Source: Terrimicrobiaceae bacterium
GTDB lineage: Bacteria > Verrucomicrobiota > Verrucomicrobiia > Chthoniobacterales > Terrimicrobiaceae
Assembly: GCA_041752695.1 (NCBI GenBank)
Contig: JBGSVZ010000043.1
Coordinates: forward strand, 32,001 to 96,000
Reading direction: 5' to 3'
Length of the DNA stretch: 64,000 nt
Part shown: positions 11,301 to 21,120 of the stretch, one piece after another
Layout of the letters: each line of letters opens with the position of its first letter
Numbering within the stretch: position 1 is the first letter of the stretch
Notes under the pieces: generated by a model
What the model was told of the DNA's origin: nothing
The model's input: only the letters and a program-made list of their open reading frames with translations
Databases searched by the model: none
Translations under genes and position numbers: made by a program

Positions 11301-11394
11301 GACGTCGATCGCGACCAATTTGACGACAGGAACCTACACGGATTCGAACCCCGGTCCGGGTAACAAATTCTACCGCGTCAAAACGGGTCCTTGA
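8353..11394 (+). CDS. Secreted GH13 alpha-amylase-family protein with FnIII-like and C-terminal FYR domain
   Basis: Start MKHLKSL at ATG 8353 overlaps the upstream stop (ATGA); signal peptide; LWFQPIHP, GSPYAVKNF, DAPFNH, GLRCDFGQG, SESLD, TSHDE; ends KFYRVKTGP. Confidence 0.88.
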   Translation: MKHLKSLTLILVAALSVDVLSAAGYLEVRAPGYGFQSAEYTTSHVFVDEVAGTTAAIEVLFTLTGYNNITDVEVYTNLNRRHLARIDKNGDGYADGIQSIAGSTVTDSGADTDSTTGHYYIPVNMSDGDANKIYELTIPAAKTGAYRLTARFKTSDAIAENGFNPNNWIWYGLRDHAIVVSPVDARDVRLYEINVFNIDASGDTFAQRSTLEDLHDAPGATHNAANRWNLDYLKSLGMNWLWFQPIHPNGIDGREVFNGSPYDPGSPYAVKNFFAVNELMTVNYSGGNSLDQNRAAAMTAWQNFVSAADAKEVGIMLDAPFNHTAFDVELAQQGVNLFQRDGETWSPLDQIRNRDARFFSQNGNYANRASSAANIAAGPDRFDFGKWNDVKDVFFGRYDALVEVDSEPERSSYKSEGDWLDTSDSDWTAADFTQGGQSWNLTRRVWDYFAEYAVHWLEKTRPAGQNRNSATEAGLSLSQRYDWDARGIDGLRCDFGQGLPPQAWEYMINVARSYKWNFVMMSESLDGGEVTYRSNRHFDILNENIVFPLKSATSKTDYRNIFEGRRTAYGQGLVLLNNTSHDEASFTDPWEAVVRSAATGMIDGSTMIFPGQELGIAETFGYSHYELNFGKNVPHFKRWNSMKPIWDDTNFGNDQLFPVYAGIQSARASSPALRSSNRWFLDGDGNNSKIFSVAKYERVGVSPAVQDVVLAFANIDRNNSQADNFKIPAGLATNLGLKDGRTYNVKNIAAYENAVNGMTGRRNVWLWGSGYTGAQLKSAGFFLSMNKVPTMNSSAVGTDPAWNQRPYEAQYLRVYDVSLLPAPASSPTVAAYALDGSVTFTWPPVADPEGLLPIYRLTVTRSDSVVQSFETTLTSYTVTGLPSGVTATGSVVTLNPNNVGVASSATSSSSPTLSLTSAGDNDGDGMNNASEITAGTSPVDPASLLRIISVGSEVGGGTTITWEAIPGKIYRVEATGNLVTGPWTSIATNLTTGTYTDSNPGPGNKFYRVKTGP

Positions 11395-11461
11395 TCGGTT
11401 CAATAAAAAGGATTTCGACAGGAGCTTTCGGACTCCTAGGCTGATGGCGGTTCTTCCCAGT

Positions 11462-12259
11462 ATGAAAAAATTGTCCTCCTCTGTTTTTTTGGTGTTCGTC
11501 GGAGTTTGCAGCGCGATGAGTTCAGATCGCGTGAATCTGGCGGAAGATGACGCTGCTCACAGCGCGTATAACGGGGGATGGGAGTCGGGAAAAAACGCGG
11601 GTTCCGGTTTTGGGGCCTGGCAGTTTCAATCGCAGGGTGGGGGAGTCAACGACAGTCATGTCGGGTATTTCCTCGCCTCTGCTGGAAGCCAGGGCGACAT
11701 CGAGGGGGTTGCCCCGGCGGGCAAGGCTTTTGGGATGTATGCCAACGGGGTTACTTTTGAAGTTGCCTGTGCGTTCCGGACACTGGCTGCGCCCCTGGCC
11801 GTCGGGGATGCGTTCTCGCTGATGATGGAGAGCAGCGATTTCATTAAGAAATTTGAATCGGACGACCCCCGTCCTGGAGTGGTCGGATTTTCGCTTCGCA
11901 ACGGAACGTCCGCCGAGACCCCGGATGATTTTCAGATCAACGCGCGGATGCAGTTCGGGTATTACGAGGGAGAGCCCAACTACCAAGTCTATGATGGCGA
12001 GGAGGATCACGACACCGGCGTTCCGGTCAACGACAAGGGCGTGGCCGTAACGGTGACCTTGGTTTCGCCAGACACCTACGATCTGGAGATCACGCAACTG
12101 GAGACCAAGGAAACCAAAAAGCTCCCCGGAAGGAAGTTGGCTGGTGACGCCGGATCCCTGATCGAAAGTTTCGCCATTTTTAATCAGGACGCCGAAACGG
12201 GCGACGCCTATTTTAATGGGTTTCAGGTGTCCCGTTCGGCAGATTCGATCCCGCGTTAA
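11462..12259 (+). CDS. Secreted hypothetical protein, probable beta-sandwich
   Basis: MKKLSSSVFLVFVGVCSA signal-like N-terminus; acidic, Gly/aromatic-rich; co-oriented within the amylase cluster. Confidence 0.7.
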   Translation: MKKLSSSVFLVFVGVCSAMSSDRVNLAEDDAAHSAYNGGWESGKNAGSGFGAWQFQSQGGGVNDSHVGYFLASAGSQGDIEGVAPAGKAFGMYANGVTFEVACAFRTLAAPLAVGDAFSLMMESSDFIKKFESDDPRPGVVGFSLRNGTSAETPDDFQINARMQFGYYEGEPNYQVYDGEEDHDTGVPVNDKGVAVTVTLVSPDTYDLEITQLETKETKKLPGRKLAGDAGSLIESFAIFNQDAETGDAYFNGFQVSRSADSIPR

Positions 12260-12276
12260 TTGTTTTCATCCATCCG

Positions 12277-14850
12277 ATGAACCCATTTTCCCGGCGTCAT
12301 TTGAACTGTCCAAATTTCCGGGTGGCCTGCGATGCTCGAAGCGGGGAAGCTCCGCTACTGATCGGATTTCGCGCTCTGACACTCTCCGTGGGGCTCTCCG
12401 TTTTTTTTCTCCCGGTCGCCGTGTGTGCAACGGCCCTGGACGCCTACCGGGGTGCGGGACAGGATGGGGTCACCTATCAGGTTCGTCTTGGCGAGGCCGC
12501 CACGGAAGTCGTCGTGACGGGCACCAGCCTGGCAGACGATTCATTCTTCGTGGCGCTGGCCTCTCCGGATCACACGGGGTCACTGATTGTTCCGTTTGAA
12601 AAAGGGCGGGAAGGTTCAACGGTTTTTTTGCCCTTCAAGGCCGGGACAATTCTTTTGACCGGTCCGAGCGGAAATTTTCTCCGTCGCTGGGAGGGCACGC
12701 AGTGGGGTGACCTCCGGCCTGCGGGTCGGGATTTCACCGTCACGCGCTCGCCAGGTCAACTTGCGCTGACGATTCCGGCCGTGCTCGCCGGGCCGGCCAA
12801 AACTTTTAAAATGGCAGCGTACTTCAAGGATCTGTCGGACAGCGGGGGCTGGGGCTGGCTTTACGGGGCGGTCGATCCAGCCGACGCGAGCGGACCCGGC
12901 GACATCGTGCTGCGCGGTTATGTCGGGGCGCAAACCTCCGGGGGCGGACTGACGCTGCAGAACCGGGGAAATGCCGCAAAGGTTCGCATTTACCAACTCT
13001 TGCCCCGGATCTTTGGCAATACGAACGAGACGCGGAAACCTAATGGAACGCTGGAGGAAAATGGTTCGGGGAGATTCAGCGATCTGAATGAAACTTCGCT
13101 GGTAGCGATCAAGGGCCTCGGTTTCACCCACGTCTGGCCAACGGGAGTTTTGCAGCAGGCGACGGCCACCGACTACTCGGGGATTGGCGAGCCAGCGGAC
13201 GATCCGGATCTTTTGAAAGGCCTGGCCGGCAGCCCCTATGCGATCAAGGACTATTTCGACGTCAGTCCCGATTACGCGGACGATCCCGCGCGTCGGCTGG
13301 AGGAGTTTCAAGCCATGGTCGGCCGGGTCCATCAGGCGGGGCTTAAGGTCATCATGGACTTCGTGCCGAATCATGTCGCCCGCAGTCATCAATCCTCCAT
13401 CCGGCCGGGACTGAGTTTTGGGGCCGAGGACGACAGGACAAAATTTTTTCGGGCGGATAATAATTTTTTCTGGCTAACCCCGGAGGCAAAGCCATTTGGT
13501 AAAGGTCCGCCATTGAGGCTTCCGACGGTGGATGCGCAGGGCAACCCGACCAGTCCCACCTGCAAAGTGGCCAAGGCCCCGAGCGACGGACTTTTCGCCC
13601 CGGAGGCCGAGCACGGCCGTGTGACGGGGAGCAACCTCGCAAGTTGGGAACCGGACGCCGGCAGTTGGTATGAAACGGTGAAACTTAACTACGGGTTTGA
13701 TTTTTCCGATCCCACCAAGCAAACCCGCGCCTATCCCCATGGCGCAAAAAGCGACGTGCCGAACCCCGACACCTGGCGGAAGATGGATGAGATCATTGCC
13801 TACTGGCAGGATTTCGGGGTGGATGGGTTTCGGGTGGACATGGCCCATATGGTTCCGCCGGAGTTCTGGCATTGGATGATTGCCCGGGCGCGGACGCGCA
13901 ATCCCGCGGTGTTTTTTGCCGCTGAGGCTTATGATACGGACCCGGCCAAAGTTCCCGCCGGGGACCCGCTGGTGGCGCAGGTCGGAGGTGGCAACGTCAT
14001 GTTCGATCTGCTGAACGCCGGATTCGACGCGGTCTATGATGACGCGACCTATGACAAGGTGAAGGAAATCTATGAAGGTAAAGCCTGGGCGAACGACCTC
14101 GACGCGATCACGGCGAGGCAGGTTGTTTTCGATAATTCCTTGCGCTATGCGGAAAACCACGACGAGGTTCGCTTGGCGGCGAAAGATCAGTGGGACGGCA
14201 TCGGCATGGAAGTAGGCCGCCCCGTCACGGCGCTCCTCTTCGGCCTTTCGAGGGGTCCGGCCATGCTCTACAGCGGACAAGAGGTCGGTGAACCGGCCGA
14301 CGGGGCGGAGGGTTTCGGCGAGGATGACGCCCGGACTTCGATCTTCGACTATTGGGCGATGCCGGAGTTTGCCAAATGGGTAAATGGGAAAAAATTCGAC
14401 GGAGGACGCCTGTCGTCGGCACAGGGTGATCTGCGCAGTTTCTATGGACAGCTCCTAACCGTGATCGGTGAGCCGGCCTTTCATCAGGGTGGTTTCTTCC
14501 CCCTTAATCCTGCCAATGCCGAAAATCCCTCCTTCGGTCGTGTTCCGGGCGAAAATGCGAGTGGTCACTGGCTCTATAGTTTTCTGCGTCGTGACCCGGC
14601 CTCCGGTCAGAAGTTTCTTGTTGTGATCAATCTGCATCGGAGCCTGCCTTTCGATAATGTGCGGATCACCCTCCCTCCAGCCGCCCTTGATTTTCTGGGC
14701 CTTCAGGAAACCTCGAAAATCAAACTGACCGAAAAGCTTGGCACCGCGGCGACGATCGAAACGACGGCGGCATCGGGTCGGGGCGAAGGGGTTCCGGTGG
14801 GCAAAATTTCACCCCTGACTCCGCTGTTTTTTGAAGTTACCAACTTATGA
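12277..14850 (+). CDS. GH13 glycosidase (GH13_38-like alpha-glucosidase/amylase) with N-terminal accessory domain
   Basis: IYQLLPRIFGN, GSPYAIKDYFDV, DFVPNHVAR, GFRVDMAHMV, AEAY, ENHDE; true start may lie downstream of 12277. Confidence 0.88.
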   Translation: MNPFSRRHLNCPNFRVACDARSGEAPLLIGFRALTLSVGLSVFFLPVAVCATALDAYRGAGQDGVTYQVRLGEAATEVVVTGTSLADDSFFVALASPDHTGSLIVPFEKGREGSTVFLPFKAGTILLTGPSGNFLRRWEGTQWGDLRPAGRDFTVTRSPGQLALTIPAVLAGPAKTFKMAAYFKDLSDSGGWGWLYGAVDPADASGPGDIVLRGYVGAQTSGGGLTLQNRGNAAKVRIYQLLPRIFGNTNETRKPNGTLEENGSGRFSDLNETSLVAIKGLGFTHVWPTGVLQQATATDYSGIGEPADDPDLLKGLAGSPYAIKDYFDVSPDYADDPARRLEEFQAMVGRVHQAGLKVIMDFVPNHVARSHQSSIRPGLSFGAEDDRTKFFRADNNFFWLTPEAKPFGKGPPLRLPTVDAQGNPTSPTCKVAKAPSDGLFAPEAEHGRVTGSNLASWEPDAGSWYETVKLNYGFDFSDPTKQTRAYPHGAKSDVPNPDTWRKMDEIIAYWQDFGVDGFRVDMAHMVPPEFWHWMIARARTRNPAVFFAAEAYDTDPAKVPAGDPLVAQVGGGNVMFDLLNAGFDAVYDDATYDKVKEIYEGKAWANDLDAITARQVVFDNSLRYAENHDEVRLAAKDQWDGIGMEVGRPVTALLFGLSRGPAMLYSGQEVGEPADGAEGFGEDDARTSIFDYWAMPEFAKWVNGKKFDGGRLSSAQGDLRSFYGQLLTVIGEPAFHQGGFFPLNPANAENPSFGRVPGENASGHWLYSFLRRDPASGQKFLVVINLHRSLPFDNVRITLPPAALDFLGLQETSKIKLTEKLGTAATIETTAASGRGEGVPVGKISPLTPLFFEVTNL

Positions 14851-17051
14851 AATCCTCCCCTCGTCCGATGAGAAATGCGCAAGGCGGGACGGGCTGGCTT
14901 CGAAAACTTAGGGTCTTTTTCGCTTTCGGCAGTTTGGTGTTCGGACTGGGCGCTCTTCGGGCCGCCGAGGTTTCGGGATTCCTGGGTTGGATCCCCGTGC
15001 AGTATGCCCCGGCCGGATCCACTTTGACTCTGGATATGCACCGCTTTTTTCACCCGGCGGCGGGTGAGACCTTGCGGGTCTTCCCGGCACTCGGTGACGA
15101 GTATCAAGTGAGTTTTGACGCCGACCGGTTTGAGGTGAAGGTGACGGTCGGGTCGAAGACCAAGGGCCTTTTAGACATCCCTCTTGCGGTGGGGTCAGGC
15201 CAGGAATTGTCCGGTCGTACGGGAGTCCTGACCATCGCGGTGGAGGCACCGGGCGCTCCGGCGGGGTCCGACATTCCGTCAGTTTACGCGGCCACACAAA
15301 CTTCCGAAGAGTTGACCTTTCAAATCATTCCGGCCGCCGGGATTGCCATCAGCGGGCTCTCTGCGGTGCTCGAAGTGCCAGACGGTTCCAGTCGCACCGT
15401 GCCGTTCAAGCGCGACTCTAATATGGTGAGAGTTTCCACGGGGAGTGCTCCCGATGGTTCGTGGGTTCGCCTGGCCGTGTCCGACGAACGGGGCCGCGTC
15501 AGTCGTGCGATTCGGGCTCAGGTCCGGCCGAAGAAGGAGTTTCAGTGGCAGGATGGGATCATCTATTACGCGTTTACCGACCGGTTTGCGAACGGGAGCC
15601 CCGCCAATGATCGAGCCGTGGAGGACGCCGCTGTCCTGCCGCAGGCTAATTACTTTGGGGGTGATTTTTCTGGCATTCAAAAAAGGATCGAAGACGGCTA
15701 TTTTCAAAAGCTCGGGGTCAACGTTCTCTGGCTCGCGCCGCTCAATCGTAACCCGGATGGGGCGTGGACAGAATATCTTCCGCCTTATCGTTCCTACACG
15801 GGATATCACGGCTATTGGCCGGTTTCGCATACCGAAGTCGAACCTCGTTTCGGTGGGAATCAGGGGCTGAAAGATTTGGTTGGCACCGCCCAGAAGAGCG
15901 GCATCAAAATTATCGCCGATCTAGTGCTGAAACACGTCCATGTGGAACATCCTCTGTGGAAAGAACAGCCGGAATGGTTCGGCAGTCTGACCCTTCCGGA
16001 TGGGAAGAAAAACCTTCGTTTATGGGATGAGCAACAGTTCACGACCTGGTTCGAGGAGTGGCTGCCTGGGTTCGATTTTGACAAGCCCGAACCAGTCGCA
16101 TTTCTCCTCGGGAATGCCCGGTATTGGATTGAGGAATTCGGACTTGATGGATACCGGCTCGACGCGGTGAAGCATATCAAATATTCGTTCTGGCCGAAGT
16201 TCCGTACGACGATGCGCGAGTTGCAGGAACGGGACGCTCTGGCCCCGATGTACTTTGTGGGGGAGACCTTCATGGACCGTCCGGGGATCATGTCGTTTGT
16301 CGGACCGAATATGCTCGACGGGCAGTTTGATTTCCCGCTTTACGACACCCTCATGGAGGTCTTTGCCAAAGGCACGCAGGGTTTTGCGGCACTCGAAAAA
16401 TCGCTCTCCGAGTCCGAGACCATCTACGGCAAGGAAACCCTCATGTCACCGCTCATTGGGAACCACGACAAGTCCCGCTTCATGGCTTTCGCCGATGGGG
16501 ATCTTCCCAAATCCGAAAAGGACGATGAGGAGGAAATTGGCTGGGCCGATCCTCCCCGGGTGGACAAGCCGGTTTCCTACGAAAAGCTCAAACTCGCCCT
16601 GGGATTTATTCTCAGCATCGATGGCGTGCCGATGATCTATTACGGCGACGAAGTCGGGCTCACCGGGGCGGGTGATCCAGACAATCGAAGGATGATGCCT
16701 GCCGAATCCGAGCTCGCGGCCGAGCAACGCCGGGTGCGCGAGTATTTGGGAAAAGTTGCCGCCCTGCGTTCCGCTCACCCCGCCCTCCGCTACGGAAACC
16801 GCCGACTCCTTGTCGCTGATGACACCCGCTATGCGTTTGTGCGGCGTCACTTTGAGGACCAGGTGCTGGCCGTCTGGAACAAAGGAAGTGGCGAAGCCCG
16901 TTTTGAGATTTTCGTCGGCCCGGAACTTCCTGATGGTCGCTACACCGACGCTCTTAGCGGGTTATCCATCGCCGTTGAGGAGGGACGCACGGAGTTCACT
17001 CTAGGTTCGATGGAGTCCGCTTTCTTTACTGCCGAGCGACCCAAACCCTGA
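14847..17051 (+). CDS. GH13 alpha-amylase/neopullulanase-like hydrolase
   Basis: TDRFANG, GGDFSGI, YHGYW, DLVLKH, GYRLDAVKH, GET, GNHD, YYGDEVG, DPDNRR; ATGA overlap with the upstream gene. Confidence 0.9.
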   Translation: MKSSPRPMRNAQGGTGWLRKLRVFFAFGSLVFGLGALRAAEVSGFLGWIPVQYAPAGSTLTLDMHRFFHPAAGETLRVFPALGDEYQVSFDADRFEVKVTVGSKTKGLLDIPLAVGSGQELSGRTGVLTIAVEAPGAPAGSDIPSVYAATQTSEELTFQIIPAAGIAISGLSAVLEVPDGSSRTVPFKRDSNMVRVSTGSAPDGSWVRLAVSDERGRVSRAIRAQVRPKKEFQWQDGIIYYAFTDRFANGSPANDRAVEDAAVLPQANYFGGDFSGIQKRIEDGYFQKLGVNVLWLAPLNRNPDGAWTEYLPPYRSYTGYHGYWPVSHTEVEPRFGGNQGLKDLVGTAQKSGIKIIADLVLKHVHVEHPLWKEQPEWFGSLTLPDGKKNLRLWDEQQFTTWFEEWLPGFDFDKPEPVAFLLGNARYWIEEFGLDGYRLDAVKHIKYSFWPKFRTTMRELQERDALAPMYFVGETFMDRPGIMSFVGPNMLDGQFDFPLYDTLMEVFAKGTQGFAALEKSLSESETIYGKETLMSPLIGNHDKSRFMAFADGDLPKSEKDDEEEIGWADPPRVDKPVSYEKLKLALGFILSIDGVPMIYYGDEVGLTGAGDPDNRRMMPAESELAAEQRRVREYLGKVAALRSAHPALRYGNRRLLVADDTRYAFVRRHFEDQVLAVWNKGSGEARFEIFVGPELPDGRYTDALSGLSIAVEEGRTEFTLGSMESAFFTAERPKP

Positions 17052-17073
17052 GCGTGGGCTATCGGAAGGCGGT

Positions 17074-20000
17074 CTACATCCAGCGGGCGAGGGCCGCGGC
17101 GAGATCGTCGACCTGGAGGGGTTTGGAAAGGTAGTCGTCCATCCCCGCCGCGAGGCATTTTTCGCGGTCGTCGGGCATGACGTTGGCGGTGAAAGCAATG
17201 ATGGGCGTGCGTATGGTTTCGCTTTCGCGAATGCGACGGGTGGCTTCGAGTCCGTCCATCGTTGGCATCTGGACATCCATGATGATGGCGGCAAAGCGTT
17301 TTTCGTGACAGAGTTGGACGGCTTTGGCCCCGCCCTCGGCTGCTTCGACCTCGAGGCCAAGTTTGGCCATTTGGAGGAGGCAGAGCCGGCGATTGACCGC
17401 GTCGTCGTCTACCACGAGGACGCGCCGGCCGGCGAAGCGACTGAGGTCGGTGGTGCGGCGGGGGAGAAAGTCCAAAGCCTGCAGGACGCGGCCTTCGCCC
17501 ACGACAACGGTGACGGTGAAGATACTGCCCTTTCCGGGCGAGCTTGTGACGGTGATGTCGCCGCCCATCAGGCGGGCGAGACGTTGGGAAATGGGGAGGC
17601 CAAGGCCGGTGCCCCCGTGTTTGCGAGACGCCGAGAGGTCGGTCTGGTAAAATGGTTCGAAGACCCGCTGGAGCGAGTCGCGCGGTATGCCGAGGCCGGT
17701 GTCGGTGATGATGAGGTGGAGTGTCCAACGGCCGTCGGGCGCTGGGGTCGCGGAGGCATCGAGCCAGACCCGTCCAAGGGAGGTGAACTTGACTGCGTTG
17801 CCCAGGAGGTTTGTCAGGATCTGGCCGAGGCGGGTGCGGTCGGTTTCGATGGCCTCGGGTACGCCCGGGGCGATCTCCCATCCATATTCGAGCCGCTTCT
17901 CGTTGGCCCGGGGCCGGAGGAGGATGGTAATTTCTTGAAGAAAGTTGCGGAGGGAGAAGGAAGAGTTTTTTAACTCGATTTGTCCGCTTTCGACTTTAGA
18001 GAGGTCGAGGATGTCATTGATGAGGTGGAGCAGGTTATTGCCGCTGGCTTCGATGGTCTCGACATAATCCCGTTGCTGAGGGGTGAGGGCGCCTTCTTTG
18101 AGGAGAGCGGTGAAGCCGAGTACTCCATTCATGGGGGTGCGAATCTCGTGGCTCATCATAGCGAGTAATTCGCTCTTGGCGCGGTCGGCCGCGAGGGCGG
18201 ATTCAACCGCGCGTTTCTGGGGGGTGACGTCAATCTCGATACCCACCACGCGGATGGGTTTCCCTTTTTCATCCCGGATGATCACGGCACTGGTCTGGGT
18301 GTGTCTCTGGTCGCCATCGGGAAGAATGAGACGGCATTCCACTTCGTACGATGTGGCGTCGGAGGCCAGGCAGCGTCGGAATTCTTCGCGAATGCGCTGT
18401 CGGTCATCGGGGTGAACGAGGTCGAGGGAGCTGCTGGTGTTGGGATCGAAAGTGGCGGGGTCCACCTTTTTCAAGCGGTACATCACGGCATTCCAGACGA
18501 TCTTCTTTGCGGGCACGTCGAAGTCCCAAGTGCCAACGCCGCCTGCGTGGGTGGCGAGTTGAAGGCGTTGTTCGTTGAGGCGGATGCGTTCTTCGCGTTC
18601 CCTTTCCTCAGTGATGTCGCGCACGGTGCCGAGCATGATGACGGAACGGGTGTCTTTTTCGTCGTGGAGAATAATGGCATCCTCATGGACGAGGCGAATG
18701 CTACCATCGGGCCGGATGATGCGGTGGTCGATGGAGTAGCGGGCGCGCTGGGTAATGGCGTGATCCATGGCCGAGCGAACATTTTCGCGGTCGTCGGGAT
18801 GGACGCACTGGAAGAAAAATTCGTTGGTCAGGGTGACCGTGCCGGGTTCGAAACCGAAGACCCGGTAGCATTCGTCGCTCCAGCTCTGGGTTTTCCGTTC
18901 GACCCCGCGAATGTCGGCGAGTTCCAGCTCCCAACTGCCCATGCCGGAGACGGTTTGGGCGGCTTTGAGGCCGGCTTCGCTTTTGCGGAGGGATTCCTCG
19001 GCTTTTTTCCGCCACGTGACATCGGTGATGAAGCCATTCCAGAGGGTCGAGCCATCTGGGAGACGCTGGACGTGCGAGATGGCGAAAAGCCACCGTTCGC
19101 CGGTTTTGGGGAGAAGGACGCGGAATTCTTCGCGCAACTCTCCCGGATTCCAGGCCGCAGAGCCCATAGCGCGGAGGAGGCGTTTGCGGTCGCGGGGGTG
19201 AATGCGGGCGAAAGCGGGCCGGGGTGAGGGGATGAGGGCGGCGGGCTCAAGCTCGAAAGTCCAACGGGCGGCGTCGCTGACATAGGTGGTGACAACCTTC
19301 CCGCGGGGGGAAACGCGGGCCTGATAGAGCAGGCCGGGTAGGACGGAGGTGATATTGCGAAAAAATTCCCGGTCCTCGGGCCGCATCAGCCGGGCGCGGG
19401 CTTCCCGGCGGCGGAGCCAGTAGATCACAAGGCCGCCGACGACTGCCATAATGGCGGAAAGGGAGACGGCGACGGCGTAGGCGGAACGCAGGACGGCGAG
19501 GCGCTCGTTGACGCTGCGGGCGCTGATGGACGCCACGATGAAATCGCCCTGCCAGCCAAATGGAGCAATGACGCCGAGGCCTTCTTGGCCGGTTTCGGGT
19601 TTGGTCATTTTTTGCGGCATGCGCCCAAGGATCGCGGCGCCAAGGTCCTTCTGAAGTTCGGGAGAAAGATCCATTGGTCGGCCAACGGTTGACGGGAGAA
19701 AAGGCTCCGGGCGCTGAGGCAGAGTTTCCAAGATAACCTTGCACGTGCCGTCGTCGGCGAAGCGTCCGGAATAGAGATCGTCAAGTGTCCTGTGCACGTC
19801 GCGCAACGACTGGAGGATGTCGAGCGAGCGCAGGTGTTCGGGGGAACCGGTCTGGTTAGGTGAGGAGAGTCGGGCATGCGCCTCGGCGTCGAGCCAGCGG
19901 GCGGCGAGTTTGGCATGGGCACGGAGCTGGTCGTGGAGGGCCTCGATGCGCTCCGAACGGGCAATCCGGAAAAGGGCGGTGTTTGCCAGTACGGAAACGA

Positions 20001-20109
20001 GGAAAAGAATGACCACGCCAACAATGGCATCGCGCACGCAGCGTCCGGACGGCAGGGACAGCACGTTCCCGGAGTCCTCCTCCGCATCGGCTGGCAATTG
20101 GTGTTTCAA
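17074..20109 (-). CDS. Membrane-bound hybrid sensor histidine kinase (3 PAS/PAC, HisKA, HATPase, receiver)
   Basis: Two TM segments; three HP(R/D)DR PAS motifs; [33 protein letters not shown]; receiver VVDD..MDVQMP..KP. Confidence 0.95.
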   Translation of the reverse strand: MKHQLPADAEEDSGNVLSLPSGRCVRDAIVGVVILFLVSVLANTALFRIARSERIEALHDQLRAHAKLAARWLDAEAHARLSSPNQTGSPEHLRSLDILQSLRDVHRTLDDLYSGRFADDGTCKVILETLPQRPEPFLPSTVGRPMDLSPELQKDLGAAILGRMPQKMTKPETGQEGLGVIAPFGWQGDFIVASISARSVNERLAVLRSAYAVAVSLSAIMAVVGGLVIYWLRRREARARLMRPEDREFFRNITSVLPGLLYQARVSPRGKVVTTYVSDAARWTFELEPAALIPSPRPAFARIHPRDRKRLLRAMGSAAWNPGELREEFRVLLPKTGERWLFAISHVQRLPDGSTLWNGFITDVTWRKKAEESLRKSEAGLKAAQTVSGMGSWELELADIRGVERKTQSWSDECYRVFGFEPGTVTLTNEFFFQCVHPDDRENVRSAMDHAITQRARYSIDHRIIRPDGSIRLVHEDAIILHDEKDTRSVIMLGTVRDITEEREREERIRLNEQRLQLATHAGGVGTWDFDVPAKKIVWNAVMYRLKKVDPATFDPNTSSSLDLVHPDDRQRIREEFRRCLASDATSYEVECRLILPDGDQRHTQTSAVIIRDEKGKPIRVVGIEIDVTPQKRAVESALAADRAKSELLAMMSHEIRTPMNGVLGFTALLKEGALTPQQRDYVETIEASGNNLLHLINDILDLSKVESGQIELKNSSFSLRNFLQEITILLRPRANEKRLEYGWEIAPGVPEAIETDRTRLGQILTNLLGNAVKFTSLGRVWLDASATPAPDGRWTLHLIITDTGLGIPRDSLQRVFEPFYQTDLSASRKHGGTGLGLPISQRLARLMGGDITVTSSPGKGSIFTVTVVVGEGRVLQALDFLPRRTTDLSRFAGRRVLVVDDDAVNRRLCLLQMAKLGLEVEAAEGGAKAVQLCHEKRFAAIIMDVQMPTMDGLEATRRIRESETIRTPIIAFTANVMPDDREKCLAAGMDDYLSKPLQVDDLAAALARWM

Positions 20110-20220
20110 TAGTGGCCCCGTTTTCCCTAGGCGGAAAGCAGCCCGGCGTCGAGCCAGTTTGCAAATGGTTTCGTAGGCGCGAAACCAGGTCGGTGCGGCG
20201 CCGATTGACGAACCGCTGGT

Positions 20221-21120
20221 CTATTTGGCGGAGTTCTTCGGATCGAGAGTATCGCGAAGGGCGTCGCCTAGGAAATTCAGGGCGAGCAGGGTGACGGCCA
20301 TGGCGACGGCGGGAAAGACCACGAGCCACCAGCGGATTTTGATGGGATTGAGCGAACCAGCTCCGTCCGCCAGGAGAGACCCCCAACTGGCCATCGGGGC
20401 CTGCACGCCCAGACCGAGGAAGCTGAGGAACGATTCATCGATGATCACCGCCGGAATGGTGAGGGTGAGGTAAATCAAGATGACACCGGTGAGATTGGGA
20501 AGCAGATGGCGGGTGAGGATGGCGAAATGCGACTGACCGAGCCCGACGGCGGCGGTGACGAAGGCGCGACTTTTCAGCTCGAGGGTCTGGCCACGCACGA
20601 TCCGGGCAAGCGTCAGCCATTCGATGACGCCAAGAGAGAAAATGAGGATGGCAATGCGGGAGGAAGATACGAGCCAATCCCAGCCCATTTCGGAAGCGAA
20701 GCCCTGCAGTTTGGCATTGAAGGCATTGATGCAGATGAGGATGAAAATCAGCCGGGGCACGGAATAAAGAACATCCACGATGCGCATCATGGCGGCATCA
20801 AGCCGTCCGCCCGCGTAACCCGCAACAAGGCCATACGCGGTTCCGATGAAAAGACTCACCAGCGCGCCGCACAGGCCGACGAGGAGGGAGATCTGGCCGC
20901 CGGTCAGGACGCGGTGAAGCACGTCACGGCCATTGAGATCGGTGCCAAAGGGGTGCGCCAGGCTGGGCGGGGCAAACGACAGCGCGCTCGGCTGCGCGTA
21001 GGAAGGCGGCAGGAAAAATGGGCCGGTCAGCGTGACCACCGCAATCGTGGCCACGACGAGAGACGAAAGGACCGCGACGCGATTTTTGCGGAACCTCCGC
21101 CAGGCGCGTCCGTCACCCAT
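20221..21120 (-). CDS. oppC: Oligopeptide/dipeptide ABC transporter permease
   Basis: AWRRFRKNR N-terminus, HPFGTDLNGRD, ESFLSFLGLG, LNFLGDALRD; start MGDG at 21120 overlaps the oppB end. Confidence 0.92.
   Translation of the reverse strand: MGDGRAWRRFRKNRVAVLSSLVVATIAVVTLTGPFFLPPSYAQPSALSFAPPSLAHPFGTDLNGRDVLHRVLTGGQISLLVGLCGALVSLFIGTAYGLVAGYAGGRLDAAMMRIVDVLYSVPRLIFILICINAFNAKLQGFASEMGWDWLVSSSRIAILIFSLGVIEWLTLARIVRGQTLELKSRAFVTAAVGLGQSHFAILTRHLLPNLTGVILIYLTLTIPAVIIDESFLSFLGLGVQAPMASWGSLLADGAGSLNPIKIRWWLVVFPAVAMAVTLLALNFLGDALRDTLDPKNSAK

Noticed and set aside
17074..20109. Kinase as regulator of the amylase cluster
   Set aside because: It is merely convergent with the cluster and follows oppBC on the other strand; no cognate regulator or sugar-sensing domain is evident
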